Positions 37,070-46,409 of a stretch of 64,000 nt of DNA are shown here, one piece after another. Position 1 is the first letter of the stretch, and every line of letters begins with the position of its first letter. The stretch is from contig JAHRWA010000008.1 of the NCBI GenBank assembly GCA_019090455.1, forward strand, positions 8,083 to 72,082. Direction: 5' to 3'. This stretch comes from Pseudomonadales bacterium (GTDB lineage: Bacteria; Pseudomonadota; Gammaproteobacteria; Pseudomonadales; DC-out160). A program made the position numbers and the translations under genes. The notes under the pieces are model-generated. The model saw nothing but the letters and a program-made list of their open reading frames with translations, did not search any database and had not been told where the DNA came from.

Positions 37070-38254
37070 ATGAAAGCGAGTCTTCGAAAATTAAGCTTAA
37101 TGTTACCGATAATCGGGCTAGTCGCTTGTGGCGGTGGCAGTGATAAGGTGGCGACTAATTTAGAAACCAATGATGACGGCCAATCTGGTTTGGTCAATGG
37201 GGGGTTGTCGAGTTTGCAAATTGACGCGACTGATTATGACACCTATCGCTACTTTAGTTTTGATACGGGGACAGTTTTGGATATTAGCGATGAACAAGCG
37301 CAAAGCTCAGTGGCTTGGCATTTGGCGTTTCGACGAGATTCCATTAAGTTGAATGGTGGAGCGTCAGGCGTTGGTGGAGTTGCTGGAGCATTGGTGGCGG
37401 CACAAGATGATTTTTACATTGACGCAGAAGCCGACGTGAATGTTTTTCTTAATGCGACCTTTGAATCAGAGGTTGAACACTTAGCAGCGACTTACAATGC
37501 GCCATCGGATCTTCAGGCAGATGTGTTAATCACGAATTTGCAAGGTTCCGGTGCAGTAGTGGGATCTTCTATTGATGGTGGTTGGTATTGGTATGATTTT
37601 ACCAACCATCAATTAAGCCTTAATGACAGTCATGGCTGGTTACTAAGAGCGGGAGAAGGTGACAGCTATGCGCGTTTTCGAGCAACGCAATTTGACTATC
37701 AAGTGGGTAACGACAACGACAGTGATAATTTTCTTGCGGTCACTTTTGAATTCGATACCCAATCAACAGATGCAGATGCTTTTGATGGTAGTGCTGAGTT
37801 TGTGACGCAAATTCCCGCTGCTGGAGGTGAAGTTTGTTTCGACTTTAATAGCGAATCGATTGTTACTTGCAATGGGTTGCTATGGGATTTGAAGGTGGGA
37901 ATTGATGGACGAGATTTCTTTTTAAGAGCCAATGGCGGGGTGAGCGGTGAGGGTAGTGGTGCCGCGAGTCGAATATTTGAATGGCAAGGTGAGTTGGCCG
38001 ATTACGCCAGTGCTTTTACCGATAGCTATTTCTACAGCGCCGACAGTACTGGTGGGCTGTTTTCAGATAATAGTTGGTATGCCTATAATCTCGATGGCAC
38101 TCATAAGTTGCATCCTAATTATCGCGTGTATTGGATAGATTCCGATAGTGCAGATGAAGCAGCAGATAAGTATCTATTACAGATTAGTGGCTATTACAAT
38201 GATGAGGGAGGGGAGAGTGGTTATCCCAATATTCGCTGGATGAAAGTGGATTGA
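37070..38254 (+). CDS. HmuY-like lipoprotein, apparently two HmuY-type modules
   Basis: The lipobox is IGLVACGG. The motifs YRYFSFDTG...VAWHLAFRRDSIKLNGGASG and later LLWDLKVGIDGRDFFLRANGGVSG match the W(D/H)LAF.R...NGG.SG pattern I associate with HmuY-family proteins. The gene lies immediately downstream of the receptor. Confidence 0.55.
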   Translation: MKASLRKLSLMLPIIGLVACGGGSDKVATNLETNDDGQSGLVNGGLSSLQIDATDYDTYRYFSFDTGTVLDISDEQAQSSVAWHLAFRRDSIKLNGGASGVGGVAGALVAAQDDFYIDAEADVNVFLNATFESEVEHLAATYNAPSDLQADVLITNLQGSGAVVGSSIDGGWYWYDFTNHQLSLNDSHGWLLRAGEGDSYARFRATQFDYQVGNDNDSDNFLAVTFEFDTQSTDADAFDGSAEFVTQIPAAGGEVCFDFNSESIVTCNGLLWDLKVGIDGRDFFLRANGGVSGEGSGAASRIFEWQGELADYASAFTDSYFYSADSTGGLFSDNSWYAYNLDGTHKLHPNYRVYWIDSDSADEAADKYLLQISGYYNDEGGESGYPNIRWMKVD

Positions 38255-38427
38255 TTTCAGTGGGTAATTATATTCCCTCTTGCTGTTAAAAATAAGATAG
38301 TGTGTTGATGTGTTTTAGGTTCAAACTTCGGTTCAATCTGTCATCGTAAACGTGATGCATGGCAGTACTAGTTGATTGAATCGAATCGAATCGATTGTGA
38401 ACGATACATCAATAAGGGAGAAATATA

Positions 38428-39420
38428 ATGTTGTTTATGGTGACCAATAGACGAGTGATAGACGGGAAGTTAGGTGATGAACCAAAACCCAATAACAAGT
38501 TCGATTATCAATACGCCTATAACAAGGAAAAACGAGGGCAGGATAAGTTTGAAAAGTCCGGAAAAAGAGGTTTTGAAACGGCGCTGCTAAGAGAACTCGA
38601 TAGACTAAAGGCTGAGAATAAAGTTAATACCCCGAAAGTAGGCATTTATATACATGGCTACAATAATACTTACCAAGATAGTCTTGATGAGCTTTATGAC
38701 TTAGAGCAAAGTTTTTTTAAGGTGTATGGTTACTACCCCGTGATTGTGGGTTTTTCCTGGCCATCCGCTGGAAAATTGACGAGCTATATATCAGACAGAG
38801 ATGAAGCGAGAGATTCGGTGGGTGCCTTTACCCGTTTTCTTATGGAATTAAACGAATTCTCGACACGTAATGAGCGAGACTGTTTTTCTACGACTTTTTG
38901 CATTGCCCACTCCATGGGAAACTATTTGTTAAGAAAAGGCATGGAATACCTTTCCGACCAGCTCGGTGCTCCTGAGGGGAGAATGATTTTTAATGAGACG
39001 ATTTTGTTAGCACCTGATATTTCATCAAAAGATATCGAGCTGGAAGGCAAAGCCAAATACATTGCCAAATTTTCGAGAAGAGTTCACGTCTATTATTCAA
39101 AGCATGATAGAGCACTTAAAGCCTCCAGTGCGAAGCGTTTTGGTGGCAATAGGCTAGGTAGGCATGGCGCTAATTCCTATGAGAATTTGCCAGATAATGT
39201 CATTGTGATAGATGCGAAAGAATATGCGAATAAGGTAGCGATATCAGGTTATAAAGATCGGACAGGTGAGCAGGTGTCGGTGCATAGCTCACATCGACAT
39301 CACACCAAGATAGTCGCTGACGTGACTCACGTCCTTGCCAGTGTCGATAGGCATGAAATAGACGGTAGAAAGCTTGTGGAATCTGAAGGCATGTCGTCAA
39401 ACCACTTCCGATTAAAGTGA
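38428..39420 (+). CDS. Alpha/beta hydrolase of the DUF900-like type with no signal peptide
   Basis: The N-terminus is MLFMVTNRR, followed by GIYIHGYNNTYQDSL and the nucleophile elbow CIAHSMGNYL. Later, YYSKHDRALKAS supplies a candidate Asp. Confidence 0.6.
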   Translation: MLFMVTNRRVIDGKLGDEPKPNNKFDYQYAYNKEKRGQDKFEKSGKRGFETALLRELDRLKAENKVNTPKVGIYIHGYNNTYQDSLDELYDLEQSFFKVYGYYPVIVGFSWPSAGKLTSYISDRDEARDSVGAFTRFLMELNEFSTRNERDCFSTTFCIAHSMGNYLLRKGMEYLSDQLGAPEGRMIFNETILLAPDISSKDIELEGKAKYIAKFSRRVHVYYSKHDRALKASSAKRFGGNRLGRHGANSYENLPDNVIVIDAKEYANKVAISGYKDRTGEQVSVHSSHRHHTKIVADVTHVLASVDRHEIDGRKLVESEGMSSNHFRLK

Positions 39421-39583
39421 AGCAACCTAAATCTGGAAAAAGTGATGTGAGGCAAGGTTTAAGCAAAGGGGGAAAGTGGGTATAGATTTAGCAACTAAAA
39501 GCGATGTTTTTTGGCAACAAGCAGATCAATCCCAGCTACGCTATTTATATAGGATCGATTAGTAGTGTTGGAAGGGTAAGGTA

Positions 39584-40216
39584 ATGGGTGGTGAGTCCAG
39601 TAGTGATGTAAAGGGTAGTGTCAACAGCGCTAGAGTCTCGTTGGTAGCAACGGGGATTGCTGCAAAACTGTCGGAAGCGGAAAAGGTAGCGAGGCATTTA
39701 TTATTAGCGGCAAAAAATGCCCGAGCGACTATGGCGAGAGCAGGTTCTGATGCTGCGGGTTTAAAAGTCATTTCTGAATACTTCAGTGAATTGGCTAATT
39801 TGACTATTAGTCTTGCGAAGGAAATTAATCAAACGGCTTTCGATATTACGAAAGTCAGTGTTGTTGAGTGGCGTACTCGTGAGTTTCTTCATCAATTGGA
39901 AAATGCTGAAGAATTAGTAGGCTCGCCCTTTACCGGCCATCTGGGTAATATTAAGCATCAGGCTAAGAATAGTTATGATGCGCTCAGTGAAGAAAGTCGT
40001 GACCTGATGAAAGAGTTGGAAACATTGTTAACTGAGATTCAAAATCAAATGAGAGCGGTAGGCGTTGTCGTCATTACTTCTCGTTTGGAAGCTTCCCGTA
40101 CCGGGGCGTTTGAGGAATCATTAAATAATATGGCTGACAATATTCAGGAGTTATCCGATAAAATAAAGAACCGAGTTAACAGCTCCTATTCACTGTTAGT
40201 CAATGAGATAAGTTAA
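39584..40216 (+). CDS. Minimal soluble chemoreceptor-like protein (MCP signalling hairpin only)
   Basis: The 210-aa protein has no TM segment. LLLAAKNARATMARAGSDAAGLKVISEYFSELANLT aligns with the MCP hairpin-tip consensus LALNA.IEAARAGE.GRGFAVVA.EVR.LA. The rest is heptad-like helical sequence. Confidence 0.6.
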   Translation: MGGESSSDVKGSVNSARVSLVATGIAAKLSEAEKVARHLLLAAKNARATMARAGSDAAGLKVISEYFSELANLTISLAKEINQTAFDITKVSVVEWRTREFLHQLENAEELVGSPFTGHLGNIKHQAKNSYDALSEESRDLMKELETLLTEIQNQMRAVGVVVITSRLEASRTGAFEESLNNMADNIQELSDKIKNRVNSSYSLLVNEIS

Positions 40217-40231
40217 TATAGGAGGAAGCAA

Positions 40232-40960
40232 GTGGAATGCTTCACGATTTACGATGAGCGTCATCAGTGGCATATCTTTGGACGTGATCCAAACAAGCCA
40301 GATAAAATCATAGACACGAATCAATGTATGATCGTCAACGAAGGGCAAGCTATTTTGCTTGATCCGGGTGGGATTGAACTGTTTGCCCCCATGTTGGCTG
40401 CGATTTCGAAAAAGATAGAGGTGGAATCTCTTAAAACGCTGTTTGCGAGCCATCAGGATCCGGATGTCATTTCTTCTTTGGGATTATGGGATCAGGTGCT
40501 GACTGATGCAAAGCTCTATAGTTCCGGATTGTGGGAAGGCTTTATACGACATTTTGGTATTAATAACATTGAATATACCCAGGTAGCGGATTCAGGTTGT
40601 TATATTAATTTGTTGGGATTGAATCTTGAGGTGGTACCTGCTCATTATCTCCATTCATCTGCTAATTTTCACATCTACGATTCCGTTGCGAAGGTCTATT
40701 TCAGTGGTGACGTTGGGGCAGCATTGGAGGAGCCAGGGTCTGGTTTGTATGTCGAAGATTTTGACAGCCATATACAGTACATGAAATTTTTCCATCAGCG
40801 TTGGATGCCCTCGGAGATAGCAAAACAAGCTTGGATTAAGCGTGTTAGGGACTTGGATATCGAAATGCTAGTGCCACAACATGGCCGAATTTTTAAAGGC
40901 GAGGAGGTAGGACTCTTTTTGGATTGGTTCGAAAGTTTACCTGTGGGGATTGCAGTATAG
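40232..40960 (+). CDS. Metallo-beta-lactamase-fold protein resembling the di-iron domain of flavodiiron proteins / ODP (oxygen-binding di-iron protein)
   Basis: A GTG start lies 6 nt after AGGAGG and 15 nt after the stop of the MCP-like gene. Candidate metal ligands are SHQDPDV (HxDxD), PAHYLHS, FSGDVG and PQHG, spaced as in the FDP lactamase-like domain. Confidence 0.55.
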   Translation: MECFTIYDERHQWHIFGRDPNKPDKIIDTNQCMIVNEGQAILLDPGGIELFAPMLAAISKKIEVESLKTLFASHQDPDVISSLGLWDQVLTDAKLYSSGLWEGFIRHFGINNIEYTQVADSGCYINLLGLNLEVVPAHYLHSSANFHIYDSVAKVYFSGDVGAALEEPGSGLYVEDFDSHIQYMKFFHQRWMPSEIAKQAWIKRVRDLDIEMLVPQHGRIFKGEEVGLFLDWFESLPVGIAV

Positions 40961-41025
40961 AATTTAGGAGCCTATTTTCACTACTGATTAGCTAGTGATT
41001 GTTACTAAGGTGCAGTAGACTCGTG

Positions 41026-41056
41026 AAAAACGGCTTCCTCGGAAGCCGTTTTTTTG
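41026..41056 (+). terminator. Rho-independent terminator after the MCP-like/ODP-like pair
   Basis: AAAACGGCTTCC-TC-GGAAGCCGTTTT forms the stem and is followed by a T-run. Confidence 0.85.
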
Positions 41057-41160
41057 TGGAAAACTTTGTGGATTGATCTCTTTCGGTTAAGGTTTTAGGA
41101 AAGGGTATCTGCCTTGAGAATAGAAAGCACTAGAGGGATTGTTAGAGTGAGTACGACTAT

Positions 41161-41994
41161 TTGAAAGCAGCGATTTGGATGCTCGGCGCTCTAATCTCAT
41201 TGTGCACTGTGGCCATCGGTGCGCGTGAGCTTTCTGGAGAGATTGATCTTTTTCAGGTGCTGTTTTTCCGAAGTGTTATTGGATTAGGGGTTATCTCTTT
41301 TCTAATATATCGCTCGAAAGGTTCAATACTGTTCTCTACTTTTCGACTGAAAACACATGTTGGGCGTAATGTCTTTCATTTTGGTGGGCAGTACGGTTGG
41401 TTTGTGGGTATTGGCTTGCTGCCGCTTGCTGAAGTTTTCGCCATAGAGTTTACCGCTCCTGTCTGGACGGTATTGATAGCGGCCGTATTTTTGAAGGAAC
41501 CACTGACTGCAAGAAAACTGTGTGCAGTGCTTCTGGGTTTGGTCGGTGTTTATGTCATCTTAGATCCTAGTTCCGGTTTTAATTGGGGATCTCTTGTTGT
41601 TCTTGCTGCATCCGTTTGTTTTGCTATCTCCTATTCTTTTACCAAATCGTTATCAGATACAGAGAGTCCATCAACCATCTTGTTTTACATGTGCCTTGTT
41701 CAGCTTCCTATGGGATTATTGTTGGTGGGGTCGCATTGGATGATGCCAAATATAGGGCAATGGTTTTGGATTGGTATTATTGGTTTGGCGGCACTCACGG
41801 CCCATTATTGTATTACGCGAGCGTTGGTTTTGTCGGATGCGGGGATGGTGGTTACGCTTGATTTTTTGCGCTTACCATTGATTGCGGTGATCGGCGTCCT
41901 ATTTTATAGCGAAGATTTTGAGATGACATTATTGGTCGGTGCTGCAATTATGTTATTGGGAAATTTGATCAATGTGCTTAAAACAAACAAATGA
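41161..41994 (+). CDS. DMT-superfamily (EamA-like) transporter
   Basis: The 277-aa protein has about 10 TM segments arranged as two EamA-like halves. It starts at a TTG in the track. Confidence 0.7.
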   Translation: MKAAIWMLGALISLCTVAIGARELSGEIDLFQVLFFRSVIGLGVISFLIYRSKGSILFSTFRLKTHVGRNVFHFGGQYGWFVGIGLLPLAEVFAIEFTAPVWTVLIAAVFLKEPLTARKLCAVLLGLVGVYVILDPSSGFNWGSLVVLAASVCFAISYSFTKSLSDTESPSTILFYMCLVQLPMGLLLVGSHWMMPNIGQWFWIGIIGLAALTAHYCITRALVLSDAGMVVTLDFLRLPLIAVIGVLFYSEDFEMTLLVGAAIMLLGNLINVLKTNK

Positions 41995-42079
41995 TAGATA
42001 GTCGCGCTGGGCTAGATCCTATTTGGGTAACTTGCTAGACTCTTCAGCACTACCCGTCAGTGTGAAAGAGACTATAAAA

Positions 42080-42466
42080 ATGAATGAAATGACATTAGAC
42101 AAACCCGTTAATGTTTTAGGTGAACCCTTAGTTCCTTGCGGGAAAGATCCCATTACGGGTTTTTTTAGGGATGGCCATTGCAATACCTGCGAGCAGGATG
42201 TGGGATCGCATACTGTCTGTATTGAGGTGACACAGGAGTTTTTGGAGTTTTCTCGTTTTCGCGGCAATGATTTATCAACACCTCATGAAGCCTTTAATTT
42301 TCCTGGACTGCGACCTGGTGACCGTTGGTGCTTGTGTGCGGCACGTTGGTTGGAAGCGTTTGAGGGCGGAATGGCTCCGAGAATCTCCTTGGCGAGCACC
42401 CATCAGAAAGCATTAGAAGTTGTCCCGTTGGAGAAGCTAAGACAATACGCCTTAGACTTGAATTGA
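42080..42466 (+). CDS. DUF2237-family protein
   Basis: NVLGEPLVPCGKDPITGFFRDGHCNTCEQDVGSHTVC..VT.EFLEFS...GNDLSTP......PGL.PGDRWCLCA.RW is the characteristic DUF2237 pattern. The ATG at 42080 is preferred over the track start. Confidence 0.75.
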   Translation: MNEMTLDKPVNVLGEPLVPCGKDPITGFFRDGHCNTCEQDVGSHTVCIEVTQEFLEFSRFRGNDLSTPHEAFNFPGLRPGDRWCLCAARWLEAFEGGMAPRISLASTHQKALEVVPLEKLRQYALDLN

Positions 42467-42601
42467 AAGAGCTAAATTTAGGGATCTAAACTAAAAGACC
42501 TAACCTAATGGGTCCAAGCTGGTATTGAGGTTTGCCAACAAGGTTTAGAAAAGTGCTTATTGAATAAATGCTTTTAGAAAAAAATATTGAGGAAAACAAC
42601 G

Positions 42602-43147
42602 ATGAGCTTAACACCCTCCACTATGTCTCCACTCGGATCGATAGCGCCAGGGTTTGATTTGCCTAACCCCAAGACCGGGGGCCGACTTACGATAGCGGAA
42701 GCAAAAGGCGAGAGTGGGTTATTGGTCATGTTTATTTGTAATCATTGCCCTTACGTTATTCATTTAGAATCTGCATTGATTGCTTTAGGTGATTCGTATA
42801 AAAATTCAGGTTTGGGTATCGTTGCTATAAGTGCAAATGATGTGGCGAATTACCCTCAAGATGCTCCGGAATTGATGGCTAAGAAGGAATACTATTTTCC
42901 GTATTTATATGATGAGGATCAGTCCGTCGCTAAGGCTTACGATGCGGCCTGTACGCCGGATTTTTTTCTTTATGATGCGAATTTAAAATTAGTTTATCGT
43001 GGTCAATTTGATGGGTCGAGACCCAATAGCAGTACACCGATAACCGGATCTGATCTGAAGAGTGCGATGGATTTAGTTCTCGCTGGAAACCCGATTACAG
43101 AAAATCAGGTACCCAGCGTGGGTTGTAATATCAAATGGCAAATCTAG
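42602..43147 (+). CDS. Thioredoxin-fold thiol-disulfide oxidoreductase (redoxin/AhpC-TSA-like)
   Basis: The CxxC motif is FICNHCPYV. The ATG lies after GAGGAAAA. The protein is about 180 aa. Confidence 0.7.
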   Translation: MSLTPSTMSPLGSIAPGFDLPNPKTGGRLTIAEAKGESGLLVMFICNHCPYVIHLESALIALGDSYKNSGLGIVAISANDVANYPQDAPELMAKKEYYFPYLYDEDQSVAKAYDAACTPDFFLYDANLKLVYRGQFDGSRPNSSTPITGSDLKSAMDLVLAGNPITENQVPSVGCNIKWQI

Positions 43148-43208
43148 CTAAACCTAAAATTAAAACCTCTATAACTAAAACCTAGCCATTTTCCCTATAT
43201 GTTGAGCG

Positions 43209-46200
43209 CTACTGCGGTGTCAATGACGAATCATCGGGTGGTATGACGGCTGCTGCAACTGACAGTTGTAGGAAGGCTCGGTAAGAATGATAGTCTTGCA
43301 TGTAATTATTTAAGAATGTGAGTTGTCGCGCAAAGGGTAGAAGGTAGGCCTGGCTTTGCGAAGGTGCTGGGTTGGGCATGGCATTGGGTGCGCCGGGCCA
43401 TTCCCAAAGCCAGTTCTCCCAATTGTCGGGTATGTTTTCGAATGCGGCAAGGGGGATTTCGGAGGTGGCGCCGCCTACGGCCACAGAGTGACAGTTTTGT
43501 TCCAAGATTCTCTTTGTCAGACTGTAGTAACGATCATATTGTTCCTGTTCGGCGGCATTTCCGATGGATAAGCCTGTTTGATGTAAAGCATAAGCGATAC
43601 CGAATATTTGGAAAAATTCACCTGCACTTCCCGCTCCATTTGCCAATCCCCAGGCATCACCATTTGACCCCTCTGTCATTAGGTCTGCTACATAATAAAT
43701 CATCGGTAATATTCGAGAGTCTGCGGTTCTTTCTAAATGATAGTGAAGGCCAAAGGAGCCGCCTTGTGCAAAGTATTCAAAAGGGCTGGCATTATTGTAT
43801 TGTGAGATGAAACCAGAATTACTGCCGTTGTCATATAAATAGCTCAGCATGGTCTCAATTTTTTGATCGAACCAAACATGAATATTCTCATCTTGGTAAT
43901 TTTCAAAAATGCTAGTCGTACGAGAGAGTATATCTAAGCCATTGCGTAAGGATTCATAACCACAGCTTGAGCATTTGGCGGCGAACCGGGCTGCCTCATA
44001 TAAAACGCCTCTTGCGCGATAATCCCCTGTTAAATAGTAATAGGTTTCTATTCCGCCCACATGAGAATAATCGATTGCACCGGCGTAACCCGACCAGCCC
44101 TGCTTTCCGTGACGGTGAACTGAGCCGACATGCCCCGGTGTATTATAAAGGATATCGTTAAGGTGGGAGCCCATGTTTTTATCGCCATAATGTATCATGG
44201 GGATATCCATTTGATGGATTGAGAAGGCCTCTGCATCAGTGAAGACATCTTGATTGATGGTTCGTAAAAACTGAACCCATAATTGGTTTAAGGGCTCTCC
44301 TGAATTAGCTGACCAACCGTATCGGCCTTTCTCTATCCAAGTAAAAACACCGTCATCACAAACTTGTCCGGTGCTGCGACCGTTACCGCAAAATAGTCCG
44401 CGAATATCGCCGTATTCCAGCATGCCGTACCAACCAAATTGTTTTCGCTGATTGAAGCGCATAAAATCTTCTATCACTTTTAGCTTTCGGTCTATTCGAA
44501 AGTGTACTTCAGAGCCGGTCTCAAGGTTGGCATCAAAATGAAAGGGGCCTACGCCCATGACAAGGCTGTCAGAATACCACTTGGCTTCGGCGAACATCAT
44601 CGGTGGGCCTGCATCGACACGGGTAGATTGATCATATTGGGATTGTGTATCAATGGGGCCGGTGCCTAAGCGCACGAAGAAGCGATCTGTTTTTGCGATG
44701 CCTTGAGATGACCTGTTGTCTCCAATATACCCAATTTCTTGATCTGGATTACCTGCGTGAACGATGTTGTCATAGCGCTCTAAATTTAAGATAAAACTAT
44801 CGTCTTTTGGATATAGCTCTACGTCTATGCCGTTATTTTCTACCGATAATGCTTTCGGAAAATTCTCAGCCATATCGCGTAAAATCACAGACATGTGGAA
44901 ATCGTCATTGCCTTTGGATACTCGACCGGCAGCTTGGCCTACTCGATTGTCGCCGTTGACGGAATAGTTGTCGAAGTCTGTTTGTAGCAGGGTTCCACTA
45001 TCGGTTGCGTCCGATTCAATAGTGGCAATCTCACCGGTAAAGGGGAGCTTGATACCGTATCCTTGAATTTTATCAGTGGATGCACCAGTAAAAATAAAGC
45101 TGTGTTGGAAATTGATATCCGAAGTTCCACGGGTAAATGTCATTCGCGTGACATAGCTACAATAGCCCATGCCGTCGTTGTCTAAATGGGTGCCGGATAC
45201 TTTGACAATCACCACTAACGGCCCTTGCTCTTCAATCGCAACATCTAATGTCCAGGGGTCATATAAATTGTGTCGTCCTTGCCCGCTGGCGTGAGATGCG
45301 GCTTGGTAGGCGGCAATAGGGTCGTTGGCTAAAGCGACTGAATCGCTACTCAGGTTTGAGCCCCAGTAGGTGACGTCATCCCGTTTTACCCAAGCGCCTC
45401 TTTTGATTCCATTGCTGGGCTCGTCGATAACCAATTCATCATTAATGAAGGCGCGATGTATTAGTCCGCCTGTTGTTTTTGGGATTTCAATATTCATGAC
45501 ACCGGTATCCACAGTGATAAAATCATCTGACTCAGTGGTGATGACGGGATTATTAAGGGCGTCTGAAGTCGAGGAAACGTTAAGGTTTAATACCGTTGAT
45601 TGGTATTGCACTAAATCCACTTGCGTGTTGATTAGCAGCCATCTGACGCTACCGTCTGGCCAAAAGGCTAATGGTTTAGTTTGAGTAGGGTAGACCGCAT
45701 CATTATTTTCGCTGATTAAGGAAATATGACTCGACTCTGAAAGTAGACCCTGTGGCATGGGGATGCCTGAACGGGCAAAGACGCCATTTTCACTGACACC
45801 GGTGAGTTCTTTAATTGTCAGCTGGGTGATGGTATCGCCTGAATTGACGGTAGATTGAATTGAAAATTCAACACTGTAATCGGTGCTGGTTAGGAGGCCG
45901 TCTAAAGTCTGGCATTTGACATAGAAAATGTAATGGTTCCCGGCTTCTAAATTGTTGATCGTGTGGGTGTGTTGAATGCTGTCTTGGGAGTCTAGATTTA
46001 GCGACATTTCACCGTAGTTAACATTCGGGTTTTGGTCGTATTGGCAGGCAGAGGCTGACGTTGTGGTGAGTGAAAGTAGGGTGTTAGCGCGTGCGGTTAA
46101 TATTCCTTTGGGTGACAAAAGACTAATGTTCAGAGTATCTGTTTCATTCTCCTCTTCCTCCTCTTCTTCCTCTTCTTCATTTGGATTATTAGCTCCACCA

Positions 46201-46409
46201 CCTGTATTACCGGAATCATCAGGGGTAGGTGTGGAGCCATTGTCGTTATCGATGTCGGTGTCTGTCTCTGTGTTGCCGCTAGTATCCGGATCTTGGGTGT
46301 TAGTTGAAGTGTCTCCTGTTTCTGGTTTGTCTTCTGTCCCGGTTCCACCGCAGCTGATGAGTAATAGAATGACGAGGAGGAGAGAGGGGATTTTTAACAC
46401 TGTATACAT
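43209..46409 (-). CDS. Large (1066 aa) lipoprotein of unknown function with an acidic low-complexity linker
   Basis: The lipobox is LLISCGG. An approximately 80-aa D/E/T/N-rich linker follows, containing NEEEEEEEEEN, and then about 950 aa with no motif I can assign. WPDGSVRWLLINTQ faintly recalls YetA/PcRGLX-like glycan-active proteins, but that is speculation. Confidence 0.7.
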   Translation of the reverse strand: MYTVLKIPSLLLVILLLISCGGTGTEDKPETGDTSTNTQDPDTSGNTETDTDIDNDNGSTPTPDDSGNTGGGANNPNEEEEEEEEEENETDTLNISLLSPKGILTARANTLLSLTTTSASACQYDQNPNVNYGEMSLNLDSQDSIQHTHTINNLEAGNHYIFYVKCQTLDGLLTSTDYSVEFSIQSTVNSGDTITQLTIKELTGVSENGVFARSGIPMPQGLLSESSHISLISENNDAVYPTQTKPLAFWPDGSVRWLLINTQVDLVQYQSTVLNLNVSSTSDALNNPVITTESDDFITVDTGVMNIEIPKTTGGLIHRAFINDELVIDEPSNGIKRGAWVKRDDVTYWGSNLSSDSVALANDPIAAYQAASHASGQGRHNLYDPWTLDVAIEEQGPLVVIVKVSGTHLDNDGMGYCSYVTRMTFTRGTSDINFQHSFIFTGASTDKIQGYGIKLPFTGEIATIESDATDSGTLLQTDFDNYSVNGDNRVGQAAGRVSKGNDDFHMSVILRDMAENFPKALSVENNGIDVELYPKDDSFILNLERYDNIVHAGNPDQEIGYIGDNRSSQGIAKTDRFFVRLGTGPIDTQSQYDQSTRVDAGPPMMFAEAKWYSDSLVMGVGPFHFDANLETGSEVHFRIDRKLKVIEDFMRFNQRKQFGWYGMLEYGDIRGLFCGNGRSTGQVCDDGVFTWIEKGRYGWSANSGEPLNQLWVQFLRTINQDVFTDAEAFSIHQMDIPMIHYGDKNMGSHLNDILYNTPGHVGSVHRHGKQGWSGYAGAIDYSHVGGIETYYYLTGDYRARGVLYEAARFAAKCSSCGYESLRNGLDILSRTTSIFENYQDENIHVWFDQKIETMLSYLYDNGSNSGFISQYNNASPFEYFAQGGSFGLHYHLERTADSRILPMIYYVADLMTEGSNGDAWGLANGAGSAGEFFQIFGIAYALHQTGLSIGNAAEQEQYDRYYSLTKRILEQNCHSVAVGGATSEIPLAAFENIPDNWENWLWEWPGAPNAMPNPAPSQSQAYLLPFARQLTFLNNYMQDYHSYRAFLQLSVAAAVIPPDDSSLTPQ

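Noticed and set aside
46130-46200. A GAA/GAG-rich tract considered as a possible non-coding simple repeat
   Set aside because: It is in frame within the 1066-aa lipoprotein gene and encodes the poly-Glu linker. The antisense ORFs 46063-46416 and 46130-46348 are shadows of it.
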